A DNA stretch of 53,960 nt, the filler included, from Squatina squatina (taxonomy: Eukaryota): assembly GCA_031763465.1 (NCBI GenBank). It is 3 parts of 3 records of this genome, joined end to end, with 100 filler letters (N's around TTAATTAATTAA, not from the genome) between each part and the next. Parts side by side here need not be neighbours in the genome. Positions count along the whole stretch, not along the records: positions 1 to 23,376 come from JARFOE010000162.1; positions 23,477 to 38,450 come from JARFOE010000115.1; 1 more part is not named here. One strand, given 5' to 3'. Below, one piece after another: positions 13,285 to 24,416 of the stretch (position 1 is its first letter; each line of letters begins with the position of its first letter). A program made the translations under genes and the position numbers. Below the pieces are notes generated by a model that was given only the letters and a program-made list of their open reading frames with translations, searched no databases and was not told where the DNA came from.

Positions 13285-13381
13285 CTTAGATTCAGGAAAC
13301 AAATCATGGAAGAAGGTTGGCATCCACGACAAAAGGCAGAAAAAACTGCTGCCTAAGCAAACATGAGCTACAATGACAGCC
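13285..13381 (-). CDS. SLC17A9: SLC17A9 internal exon (97 bp)
   Basis: Acceptor gcttttttaacag and donor gtgtgt. Encodes (W)AVIVAHVCLGSSFFCLLSWMPTFFHDLFPESK, like human WAAVVSQLSAACSFFILLSWLPTFFEETFPDAK. Confidence 0.92.
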
Positions 13382-15702
13382 CTGTTAAAAAAGCAAAAAT
13401 TATTAGAAGAATTACATGCAATCGACTAAATAATACAAAATAAGGAATGTAGTAGTGATGCAAAATGACCAAGAATGTGAAGGGAACTGACACCGAGACC
13501 TCATTTAAAATAAAATTAAAGAATCTCTCAAGATGAGGTGGTCAAAACTGTGCATTCCCATTAAGTGGTGGTAGAGGAAAGAAGGTGCTTTTCTACTGCG
13601 ATGGAGGAAACAAAATTAAATGTTGTAAGTTAAATGTCAAAGTTAACAGAACCTATTTTAATTGGAGATTTGGGGTGGGGATGAAATACGAGAAGAGGTC
13701 TTCAAAATGCTGAAGAGGTATTGACGGTGCAGATGCAAGCACACTACTTCACTCGGGCTGTAAGCAGAGAACTGCAAGTCACAGGTGTAGTGCGAACAAG
13801 CCTCAAACTGAAGTGGATTAATATCTGGTTGGGAATGGATGGAAGATTATTGGATAGGTATGGGCTGAAATGATAAAACCTTCCACAGGGCAGGATAGCT
13901 CCTGTAACGTTAGCTGGCTGCATTATCTGTGGAGGTTAGCGAACCAGGGATGGGAGATATGCTGGAGTTTTATTGAATCACCTTTGTCAATCATTCTGTA
14001 TTTATACAGAAGTTTTCTGGAGGAAAATAAATTTGGGGAGGGGCGAGGTTATCGCATACCTTGTGAGAGTGTGGATTATACATGGTCTGTGGAAGGAGTG
14101 AGCTTGACAGGCCAAATAGTCTTTCTTCATTCCATGCTTTCTTATGCAAATCAACTCAGATCACTCACATTCAACTTATCAAAGGCTTGGGAGAAGGAAG
14201 CTACAGCCCTCCCAACTTGATAATGACAGGTGGCAAGGGGGCAGAAGCAAGATAGAATAGTATTCTGTAGCACTTAGGTGTCACTCAATTACTCAAGGAT
14301 TCAATTTATGTTTCACCTTTGATCACTGATGAACATGGACATCCAATATTTCTGGGGAAAGCTGCAGAATTTTCAGTAAGCACTGCCAAATAGCCAGGAT
14401 CTGTTATTCTATTTGCCTGCGTTACTTCTGGGAATCTTCCTGAATGGAAGATAGTGGGGTTGACTTCAAGTCTCAGGTGGGAACATGGCCTAGCAAGTGA
14501 CTGGCCCGTCTGTTGGCAGAAGCAGGGTAGCCCAGCCGATTTTAATGGCAGGGCCTAATTAGCATGTTGCTGGCCGATTTCCCAATCAAAACGACCTAGA
14601 AGTCGTTGGGAAGCAGGTGCCCAGCCATTAAAATTGGGTGGCTGGAGGCTGCTGCCAGGGACCAGAGGGAACAGCCCCTGGCTAAGTGATCAGGAGGAGG
14701 ATTCACCAGGGATCGTGGTCAGGTAGGGGGAAAGAAATGCTTGGGCCCAATGTTTCCTGGTGGAGCCCAAAGCAACATAGCTGCTCCTTCGGACTCAAAG
14801 AAACTTTAAAAAAAAATTATTTTACTTCTCTGGAACTCTTCAAGCCTCACCACCTCACCACCGCTCCCCCGCTCAGACCTTGGGTTAATATTGCAGTCAG
14901 GCATCATTGGAGCTCGATCTACATATTTAGAGAAGGAACCTGCATGCTTTGGGCAGGTGTCCTTGCTGCCTGTGATTTAAAATTGGGACAGGGGCTCTAG
15001 TGGGCAAGTTCTACCCCCACCCCCCCACACTGCTCCATTTTTACTGTCCCCTTCCCGGTTTCCACCAGATGGAGAAAGGTTAAAATTCTGCCCATTGTTT
15101 CAAATCATGGAATCTAGAAAATCTACTCAATGAAGCATTACATACAAAATATTATGAAATCAGGTAAGTATCTCTCTGTCACCGATACCTTTAATCTTTA
15201 AGTAATATTTATCAATTAGAAAGAGACTAAAATATAACTGGCTATTTTTACCATGGGGATAAATTATATATCTCAGTTCCTTTAATTCAGTTTAAAACAG
15301 AATACGAATCTTTTTGGATAGCAACAGAATGTCCAATCATCAAAGTCTAACAGATGTGCCACACCCGAGCAACGGAAGCAAATCCTTAATATCAATCTAC
15401 CCACGTCCAAATCTATTCGAGTTAATTTTTTTTTGATTTTTTTTTTAGCACCGGTTTCAGGGTCCTGCAAAATAATGAGGTATTGGTCTCTTAGAAAAAA
15501 AATTCAGTGGTGTCGCTAATGGGGGCACCAATCATTTACATTTTATTTTGCCTATAAGACACTGCATTGCAGGAGATGGGATTGATTTTGTGTGCGGAAA
15601 GCTTCTTTTAAAGTGAGATTTGGAATATCACCAAGCCTATACACTGCACTAGTTTACTCAGGAGAAGTTTCCTTTGGCAGAGCTGGTTTTTGGTGGGGAT
15701 TC

Positions 15703-15721
15703 CAGCCTCTAGATGGCAGCA
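15703..15721 (+). promoter_or_regulatory. Candidate CTCF site
   Basis: cagcctctagatggcagca fits the CC-N-C-Y-AG-R-K-GGC-R core. Motif match only. Confidence 0.4.
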
Positions 15722-15877
15722 TTTACATTATAATTAACATAGTTGCGTCCAAATGAGAGATCTGTGCAGATGACTCANNNNNNNNNNNNNNNNNNNNNNN
15801 NNNNNNNNNNNNNNNNNNNNNNNNNNNNNNNNNNNNNNNNNNNNNNNNNNNNNNNNNNNNNNNNNNNNNNNNNNNNN

Positions 15878-16482
15878 CAGATTGGGAGACCGCTTTGCAG
15901 AACACCTCCGTTCAGTCCATAAGCATGACCCTGAGCTTCCAGTTGCCTGTCACTTTAATTCTCCGCTCCACTCCCACTCTGCTCCCCCCGTCCTCGGCCT
16001 CTTATACTGTTCCAACAAAGCTCAACGTATGTTCGAGGAACAGCACCTCATCTTTCGTTTAGGCACTTTACAGCCTTCTGAACTCAACATCAATTTCAGG
16101 CCATAACCCCTGCCCCTATTTTTTTTCTCTTTTTCTGTTTTTTTTTCTCTTTCCCACGGCAGCTGTTGATGATTCTGCCATTTCTATTTACACCCTATCT
16201 AGACTCATCTTTTGTTTCTGAACTTGTCCCATTACCATCTCCTTTGCCTCACACCATCATCCCTTTTGTCTCTTAATCTCTTCTGCCTTCCACCCTGTCA
16301 AGATCTACACTTTTGTTCTTCCCTCCCCTTCCCTCTTTCCCTGCCCCTGCACTTGCTTAAAAACCTGTCACATCTCTAACTTTTTCTAGTTCTGACGAAG
16401 GGTCATCGACCTGAAACGTAAACTGCTTCTCTTTCCACAGATGCTGCCTGACCTGAGTATTTCCAGCATTTTCTGTTTTTAC
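15878..16482 (+). mobile_element. Penelope-like retroelement 3' part (GIY-YIG C-terminus plus pLTR end)
   Basis: LGDRFAEHLRSV...PVACHFNS...EEQHLIFRLGTLQP..LNI, then a pyrimidine-rich tail and the terminal ctgacgaagggtcatcgacctgaaacg...gatgctgcctgacctgagtatttccagc. Confidence 0.88.
16388..16424 (+). ncRNA. Minimal type I hammerhead ribozyme in the Penelope 3' end
   Basis: agtt-CUGACGA-[agggucaucgaccu hairpin]-GAAAC-GUA-aacu. Both core boxes, stem I (agtt/aact), stem II and a loopless palindromic stem III (ACGU) are present. Activity is not shown. Confidence 0.7.
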
Positions 16483-18283
16483 TTCCAACTAAAGAGCTGT
16501 TTGCGATAAGACTATTTGTATACAGTACAGGAAAAGAATGGAAAGTCATGTTTATGAATTGTGAAATTCAGTTTTTACTCTGAAGTACTGTCCAAATGTT
16601 ATAAATGGTACATTTGTAGGTTTTTTTGTTGATAATGAGCAGGTTCTCTGTTGCAGAACAATGGTCCTATTTGTGACTGTCAGTGGGAGAGAAAATTAAG
16701 TAGGCATTTAATTCCAAAGCCCTTAGTGTCTTGGCGCAAAACTGTATAAAAGCCTGAGGAGTATTAGATGAAACTGCCTGGACTTTTGCAACAAGAGATC
16801 CACACCAGTCATGTGAGTTTTAATTTGCCCAGTCAGTTAGCCTTATTTTTAATTTGAGAATACATCCTGTGTGTCATTTGAAGAAGAAAACACACTTCAG
16901 ATTATCTACAAACTGACCTATCTGGCATGTCAGTTCTATAGTAAAATAGGTGTGTCATCAAATTACATGCAATACCTGTTGCACCTGTGATGGGTATTTT
17001 CTACGTTAAATGTTAGTAATATTAGCTGTCAAAGCCATACCTCCGACTGTGTATCGGTCTGCAGGTATCTCCGCCACTTGACCAGTGATTTGCAACAATT
17101 TCTTGCTATACACAAAAGAACTGCATAATGCCGCAAATAGTGAACCCCAACCTNNNNNNNNNNNNNNNNNNNNNNNNNNNNNNNNNNNNNNNNNNNNNNN
17201 NNNNNNNNNNNNNNNNNNNNNNNNNNNNNNNNNNNNNNNNNNNNNNNNNNNNNACTACTTACAACTGCTTAAGTATGTCTTACCATCAACATTCTTATTA
17301 AAAAGTCAAATTAAAAGAATTCTAACCAACGCACCTTTGCATTTTATTATTCTGCAATTTTTTGAAAATGTATTTTAAATGATGTGTGGTGAAGAGATCA
17401 TTAAAGACCTAAGCCAGACCATTAAGAGAACTTAAAGTGATCACTGAAGGACTCTGTGCCAATGACACACCAACAATGCCTTGGTAAAAGGCAAATTCAG
17501 ACTGGCGTTAGGAAGTACTTTTTCACACCAAGCGTGATGATTACCTGGAGTAGAATTTTGATGGACTAATGAAGACAAAAGATCTGCAACTATTCAAGAG
17601 GCATCATGATGTTGTGATTGGGGCCTCAGGTTTCAGTCATTCCAAGAACATCATCTTCCTCATTTCTAATTTTTTTTTATTGCTGGTTCTCTGTACATGC
17701 AAAATAATATGCTTTTATTTTTTATTACTCCTGCTTTATTTTTATCAGTTTGTTTTATTATTATTTCCTATGTTATTTTTCTTTTTGTACTCTGACCTTT
17801 GCTCTCATCCCTTTTTCTTCTTTAGGTTACTATTATATCCACCCAAAACCCGTGCCCCTTTACTTGTTTAATCCATTCCGCTAGGACCTTGGCCCCAGCC
17901 CAATTCAGCCCGTCCCAGCAGTACAGCTCCTTCCTGCCCAGTTATTGGTGCCAGTGTCCCATCAACTGGACCACCACCGCTTTTGATTTCCCATGTTGTT
18001 TTGAATTCTCTCTCTGGGCCTTTTTTCCCCCCCAACGGGTTGGTGGGAAAAACAATGGATTTTGGGGGCTTTATTACGAAAAAGACAGCAACTGACTGGC
18101 CAATTTATAATTTGCGGTGACATCATATGCAAATTCCTGGCTCATGAGTCACCAAGTCTGGCTGTATGGAAATTAGCAAATCCAAGTGTTGGAGAAAATC
18201 CAGCATTCATTCACTCTGAAATGGTTTTAAACATAACGTTAAGAGAAAATCTCTCGTCCCTTCCTCTCATTGTTGCTACTCAC

Positions 18284-18423
18284 CCTGTAATAGGCCCATA
18301 AGGAATCTGGACATGGTTAAAAGAACAATTGGTGCAGAGCTGCAGTACGTAATAAGTGGAGTTACGGTGATTACTGATCCCCATGCAGCAGTTGAAAGCA
18401 GAAGTATTTTATCACCACCCAAT
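18284..18423 (-). CDS. SLC17A9: SLC17A9 exon 3 equivalent (140 bp)
   Basis: Acceptor tttttgttaacag and donor gtgagt. Encodes (R)LGGDKILLLSTAAWGSVITVTPLITYCSSAPIVLLTMSRFLMGLLQ(G), like human RIGGEKVILLSASAWGSITAVTPLL...FSRILMGLLQG. Confidence 0.94.
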
Positions 18424-18893
18424 CTGTTAACAAAAATGGATAGTTTGTCAGTGATCCTCAATGAAAAAATATAGCATTTTCACTGAGAAAGCATGAATGC
18501 AAATTGCAACCCAGTGGGTATCATTAATACGTAATAAATTATGTAATACATTACAACAGTGGCTACAAACTAGAAACAATTCTATAGCACCCTGAGGTAT
18601 TAAAAGATATAAATGCAAGTTCTTTCTTTCTGAAAATGGTCGAAAAAGCCGGTTTGTTAGCATCTGTAAAGAGAAATAGCAGGGTAACATTTCAGAACAC
18701 GTTTTTTAAAACTGCACTGGACCTAAACCCCAAGAAGGCCTGATGCTATGTGGACAATAATAGAATGGTCCATTCCTTGATGCTAGACAAAAAAGGCCTT
18801 GAAGTCCCCCCTTTAAATTGACCCCAGCTGTTACATCAGTGATACATAAACAGATAAGCAGCAGAGCTACATTGACATTGAAAGGTTTTCACT

Positions 18894-19047
18894 GGGGTAG
18901 ATTTTCATGTTCACCACCTGGGCAGGGCAAATTGCACAGCCTTCATTTTATTGAAATCAATGGAATGAAAACAGGCAGGGTCTAAAAAGAGCATGCAACA
19001 CGCCCCGGTAGATTACCATCCAAGCAATGAAATTGAAAATGTACCTC
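18894..19047. mobile_element. Short MITE-like element with imperfect 14-bp terminal inverted repeats
   Basis: ggggtagattttca (18894-18907) and tgaaaatgtacctc (19034-19047) are complementary at 12 of 14 positions. A Harbinger-type origin is inferred. Confidence 0.5.
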
Positions 19048-20878
19048 ATTGCGACGGCTCATAAAATCAAAAGTCACAAACTTAAACTACGATGCTTTGA
19101 TTGAAATCTGGAAATAGATTAATGAGTGATAGAAGCAAAGTATTAAAGCAGTTATTAATCTATCATAAACACAGAAGCGCGACAGTAATGAGTACTGCAA
19201 GCTATCTTANNNNNNNNNNNNNNNNNNNNNNNNNNNNNNNNNNNNNNNNNNNNNNNNNNNNNNNNNNNNNNNNNNNNNNNNNNNNNNNNNNNNNNNNNNN
19301 NNNNNNNNNAGGACTGAATAGGGAAACAGGACAACTTTTAGATTGAAGGGGACAACATACGCTTGTGGGAAAAGGTGTTAAAACTGTTCAGAAAGGTAAG
19401 ATTTTCCACATAAATACAAAATTTCAACAGCTTCCTTATAGGATCTTAAATTTTTACAACAGGGTTTACCAATTATGTGAATATTATCGAGGATGCTGAG
19501 CTTTTCTCACTGTTGTGCTAAGCTACTCCTGATGCAAGTCCCTAAAGTATTAATCTATTGTGAGGAAACCTTGAAAACAAGGGGGCAAAACAATCAAAGT
19601 CCACATTTATTTATGTACAAATGTTCTCATCATTCTTGGACCAGCATTCATCCCATCTGTACCTCAGTTACATTTTTAAAGTCAATCTTGGGAATATTTA
19701 CAAGACAGAAGATTGCATCTGGAATTTTCCTTCTACTACGCTAACAATAAAAAAAGTTCTGGAAAATTAAATAAAGTACTGTCAACTATTTTGTTTGAAA
19801 AGTACCAGACACGCAGAATCTGCATTCCTAAGCTATAAAACGAATTAAAATAGTTGTCAATGACTTTCCATTGTACATTCCCAAAATATTCGCTGATATA
19901 CGCAATGATAAATTAACATCTTAGTATTTCTTTAAACAAAACATGTCAGTAAACTCAACACACATGTTATGCACACACAAAAGTGTTTAAAAGCACATTA
20001 GATGAATTTCAAAGTGTAAAGCACTTTTGTATTGGGAAATCATATTATACGACTTTTTTCTGCAAGGAATTGCATTATATACAAACAACTCATATCTAAG
20101 CGAGTCATTGCCACAAAATATACAAAACCTTGAGATTAAATACTATGACATACAAGCTTGTGGATTTTAGTTTGGTAACAAGGCTACTTAATGAGAATTA
20201 ACAAACATGTGAACTTCTTCCTGCACAATGGAACATTTTAAGGAGACTGACAAAAATGTAAAATGAATAGTTATTTTCTACTAATTACATTCTTAGTATC
20301 CATGTTACATCCACAACTGGTTCCAAATAAATTTAATAGCGGTCAGTAGGATACTATATTAACAGTAAAGTTGCTGAGGATATTCCATCAGAAGAAATAA
20401 AATAGGAGGTTAGTTTCAGATGCAAGATGGATATTAGTAGAGAACAGACAGACTTTTAGTAAAGTGGTTTTGAAAATATATAAACATACACTTAAGAACT
20501 GTTGGCATATGAAACAAAGAAACTGCGAATAGAAACTCTGTACAGCAGCCAAAAGTAAATACCAAATACTCTGTATTTTCAGTCCAACGTGCGAAGTTGG
20601 TAAAGTTATAAGTTACCATAAAAATGAATTTAGGACTGGGGTGAATCTTGCAATCCCTCGACCTTTCAGCAGCCATTTGGTGGCGTTCCCGGATGTAATG
20701 CGTTGGTGATGCTTTGGACTTCATCCCAGCCTTAAATGTGATTATTCTTAACCATAAAGTCATATTCACATGTTCTGTCATTTATTAGTGAATTTAATAC
20801 AGTCCTGTCTGATATACTGTAACCAGTAATGGTACAGCAAGACACTTCATAATCCTGTTCAGTCCCATCATACAGCCT

Positions 20879-21052
<174 letters not shown>

Positions 21053-21714
21053 CTAGAAAAAAAGGAAAAAAAAAAACAAATACAAGACTGTAGTCAATTA
21101 AATTTGACATTCAAATCCAGTTTCTATATATTAAAAAAACACAATCAAAAATCTACGAGACAGATTTTCATTCAAGATCACATTTTTACTGGCAAAATGA
21201 AAAAACACCAATTTTCCACGATGAGTACTTTTATACTGATTCCAATTCCATGTCCTTACATGGAGATCCTGGATTTTATATTAGAAGTCATCAGCAACTG
21301 CGTGGTTGACACCATCTGTAGACTCAGTCAATGAGCAGATAGTATTTGTTTCATTCTTGAATACACTAAACCCTGAATGAATCAAAACTAACTGCTTCAG
21401 ATTGGCTGCTGGGAAAAGGGCACTTTAAACAAAATGACAAAAAAAGTGAAAATTCTTCCTCTGTAATTAACTCATTAACAAAAGCGAGAATGTGTAACTC
21501 TGAAATGTGCAGTTTCGGGGGATACAATTTTGTTCGTGAGGCGTTAAATACAAGAAGAAAAGGAGAGATTCTCTTGTTTGATCAAAGTGGAATTTCATTC
21601 CCCCAGTACACTTTAACACTTAACTTTACCTAGGTACAAGGACTGCTGTATAGCTTACATCCTTTTCTAGCTCATTATTGCCCAATTAGTAATTTGTGAG
21701 AGTAATAATAATGT

Positions 21715-21788
21715 AACTCTTTAGATTCTGGAGTAGTTCCTGAGGATTGGAGGGTAGCTAATGTAACCCCACTTTTTAAAAAGGGAGG
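21715..21788 (+). mobile_element. CR1 RT fragment at gap edge in GID8 intron
   Basis: Encodes SLDSGVVPEDWRVANVTPLFKKG, the canonical start of the CR1 RT domain. Confidence 0.8.
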
Positions 21789-22740
21789 NNNNNNNNNNNN
21801 NNNNNNNNNNNNNNNNNNNNNNNNNNNNNNNNNNNNNNNNNNNNNNNNNNNNNNNNNNNNNNNNNNNNNNNNNNNNNNNNNNNNNNNNTGATTAAGTCTT
21901 GGAGCTGGGCCTCAATTCCTGGAAATCACATGATCGAAAACAAAGGTGTGTTGGAGAAGAGAAACAAAAGTGAAACTAAGCTTCTTGTTATAAAATCCGG
22001 ACCTTCCAACGGGTTTCACAGACACAGAACAGAAGCAGAACAGACGCAGAAGAGATCAACAGGGGAAACAGAAGAAGAAAAGAGCAGGAGGAAAGTTAAT
22101 AAGCTACAAGAAAAGCTTCAAGAAAAGCAAACAGCTACAAGACATCAGTTACAACAGAGAAAGGAGAGAGCATGCAGTAAACACCACTACTGGGTCCTAG
22201 AGGTAGTGTCTGCCGACAGCAACTACAAGAAAGTGAGCAGGCTTTGTCTCAGCAGATGATAAGTAACTATACAATATCTGATGTCCCAATTTATGTTTAT
22301 AGAGTCGAGTGTTTAGTAATAAAGATTATTTTGCTTGAAATTTAAAGTATTTGAGACGTTTGTACCTAGTAGTTTATGTGTCAGGTCAAGAACTCACAGA
22401 GGGATAGTAAGGTAAGCCCTAGAAAAGCTTACACTAAAATCTTAACAGCCCAGGTCAATTTCATCTTTAGATTCTGATTGAATGAGATCAAGGAACAAAC
22501 ACAGACCATTACATCATAGAGTATTTTTTGCTGGAGAAGAGTGCAGGTCACAGATTAGCCTTGTAGTTTTAGTTACCTAGCTGCAACTCGGGCTCCCATT
22601 CAGCAAGGTTATGTACCGGGAGCCTCATAAAATTTACCTTTATGTATATTCAAGATGTGTATTGGGGTCTGAATTATGGTCGAATATACATGAAACAAAC
22701 TTGTAAATGCACGTTTCAACTAATAGTTCATCAAATGTTA

Positions 22741-23067
<327 letters not shown>

Positions 23068-23376
23068 TTAGCACCAAGATTGTTAATTTTTAGCTTTGAA
23101 AATTTTCACAAAATATTACTAGATTTCATTATTCCAAAGGTTTTCACATGAAATTTGGTGTTTTTTTCAGCTCACATAACTTTCCACAGTATGGGTGATT
23201 TTAATTCCCTGCACCTCGTGCAGCTACACTTTGAAAGAATGTCTAATGTGAACTTGAGTGTTTCGCCTCTCCACTGCATCATCAAAATGTAAGTCACAAG
23301 AGACTCTCTGCTGTTGCGGCCAACCACATTTCCCCTTCCCTTCCTAGTGCATCCTTAGCCTTTCCTCTTTTTGCAA

Positions 23377-23476
23377 NNNNNNNNNNNNNNNNNNNNNNNN
23401 NNNNNNNNNNNNNNNNNNNNTTAATTAATTAANNNNNNNNNNNNNNNNNNNNNNNNNNNNNNNNNNNNNNNNNNNN
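23377..23476. other. Artificial scaffold-joining spacer (N44-TTAATTAATTAA-N44)
   Basis: A palindromic 12-mer with stops in all six frames, centred in exactly 100 positions. An identical construct occurs at 38451-38550. Confidence 0.93.
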
Positions 23477-24234
23477 AAAACTTCTACATAAACATTTCCT
23501 GTGGGAATCCTAACATAAAAGTGTCCACATTTCTGTTATATTTCTCTGTGATGCCAGTAGATGGAGCTTTTTATATTTTTGTTGTAGCTATTGTTGTCAC
23601 CAAGCTATTGATCCTGATCTTCACTGTTCGGCACAGTTAAGTACATTACTCTACCACACCCTTCCCAACATGTGAGATATAAAAAATATATATTTAACAA
23701 ATTAAAATAATTGTACAACAAATCTCTCAAAACCAGAAAAGAAAAGAGGTGCACAATGGGAAATCAATTTAATAAAGTCAAGCATTCACAACATTAGCCA
23801 ACAGACCAATGTGACATTCAGGAGATTTCCCACGAGCCCATTTTTTGGGTAACTTTTGAGCAGTATTTCTGCAGTGTAGGATTTCTTCCCTATTTCAAAG
23901 GGTAAAGAAATAAAGACCCATAAAGACAGATATACAGATCTTCAAGCATAGAAATTTATCACCTACATAAATATGGATCATAAAGTTATTGACAAACACA
24001 CTGAGCAACAGCTCATTAAACCTTGTTGGGCAGTCACTTCAGTCTTGACATTGGGAACTCATTCCCAATTTATGGCAAAAGGAAAAATGATAAAGCAGAG
24101 GACAGAAACAGAAAGCAATTAAGATGAACAAGGTAGAAGAGATAAACGGAAATCCTGTCTGAGGGAAGAGCAGAACTTCTTCAAGGTGGGCATTCTTGGA
24201 AGAGAAGTGACAGTGAATTAAACAGTAATACAGA

Positions 24235-24416
24235 AGCGAAATAATGCGGATGCTGGAATCTAGAATATAAATAAAAAATGCTGGAAAAAACTCAGCAGGT
24301 CAGGAGAGAAAAAGAGAGTTAACGTTTCGGGTCGATGACCCTTCATCCTGAAAAAAGCCAGAAATACATGAAGTTTTAAAGCACCGGCAGGGAAAAGGGT
24401 TGGCCGGGGGGTGGGG
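24235..24416 (-). mobile_element. Penelope-like element 3' end
   Basis: Reverse-complement match to the end of 15878-16482 (aacgtttcgggtcgatgacccttcatc, aaatgctggaaa..ctcagcaggtcagg). Confidence 0.8.

Noticed and set aside
17041-17153. Minus-strand exon-like stretch ending in gag|gtatgg, with GWGSLF in one frame resembling SLC17A9 GWQSIF
   Set aside because: Similarity stops after six residues, no frame aligns with the expected exon, and the acceptor side is lost in a gap.
21930-22259. 109-aa K/E/Q-rich ORF antisense in a GID8 intron
   Set aside because: Purine-rich low-complexity sequence with no recognisable domain, probably repeat-derived.
23421-23432. TTAATTAATTAA as a regulatory palindrome or conserved motif
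   Set aside because: Centred in exactly 44+44 Ns and repeated identically, so it is a synthetic spacer.
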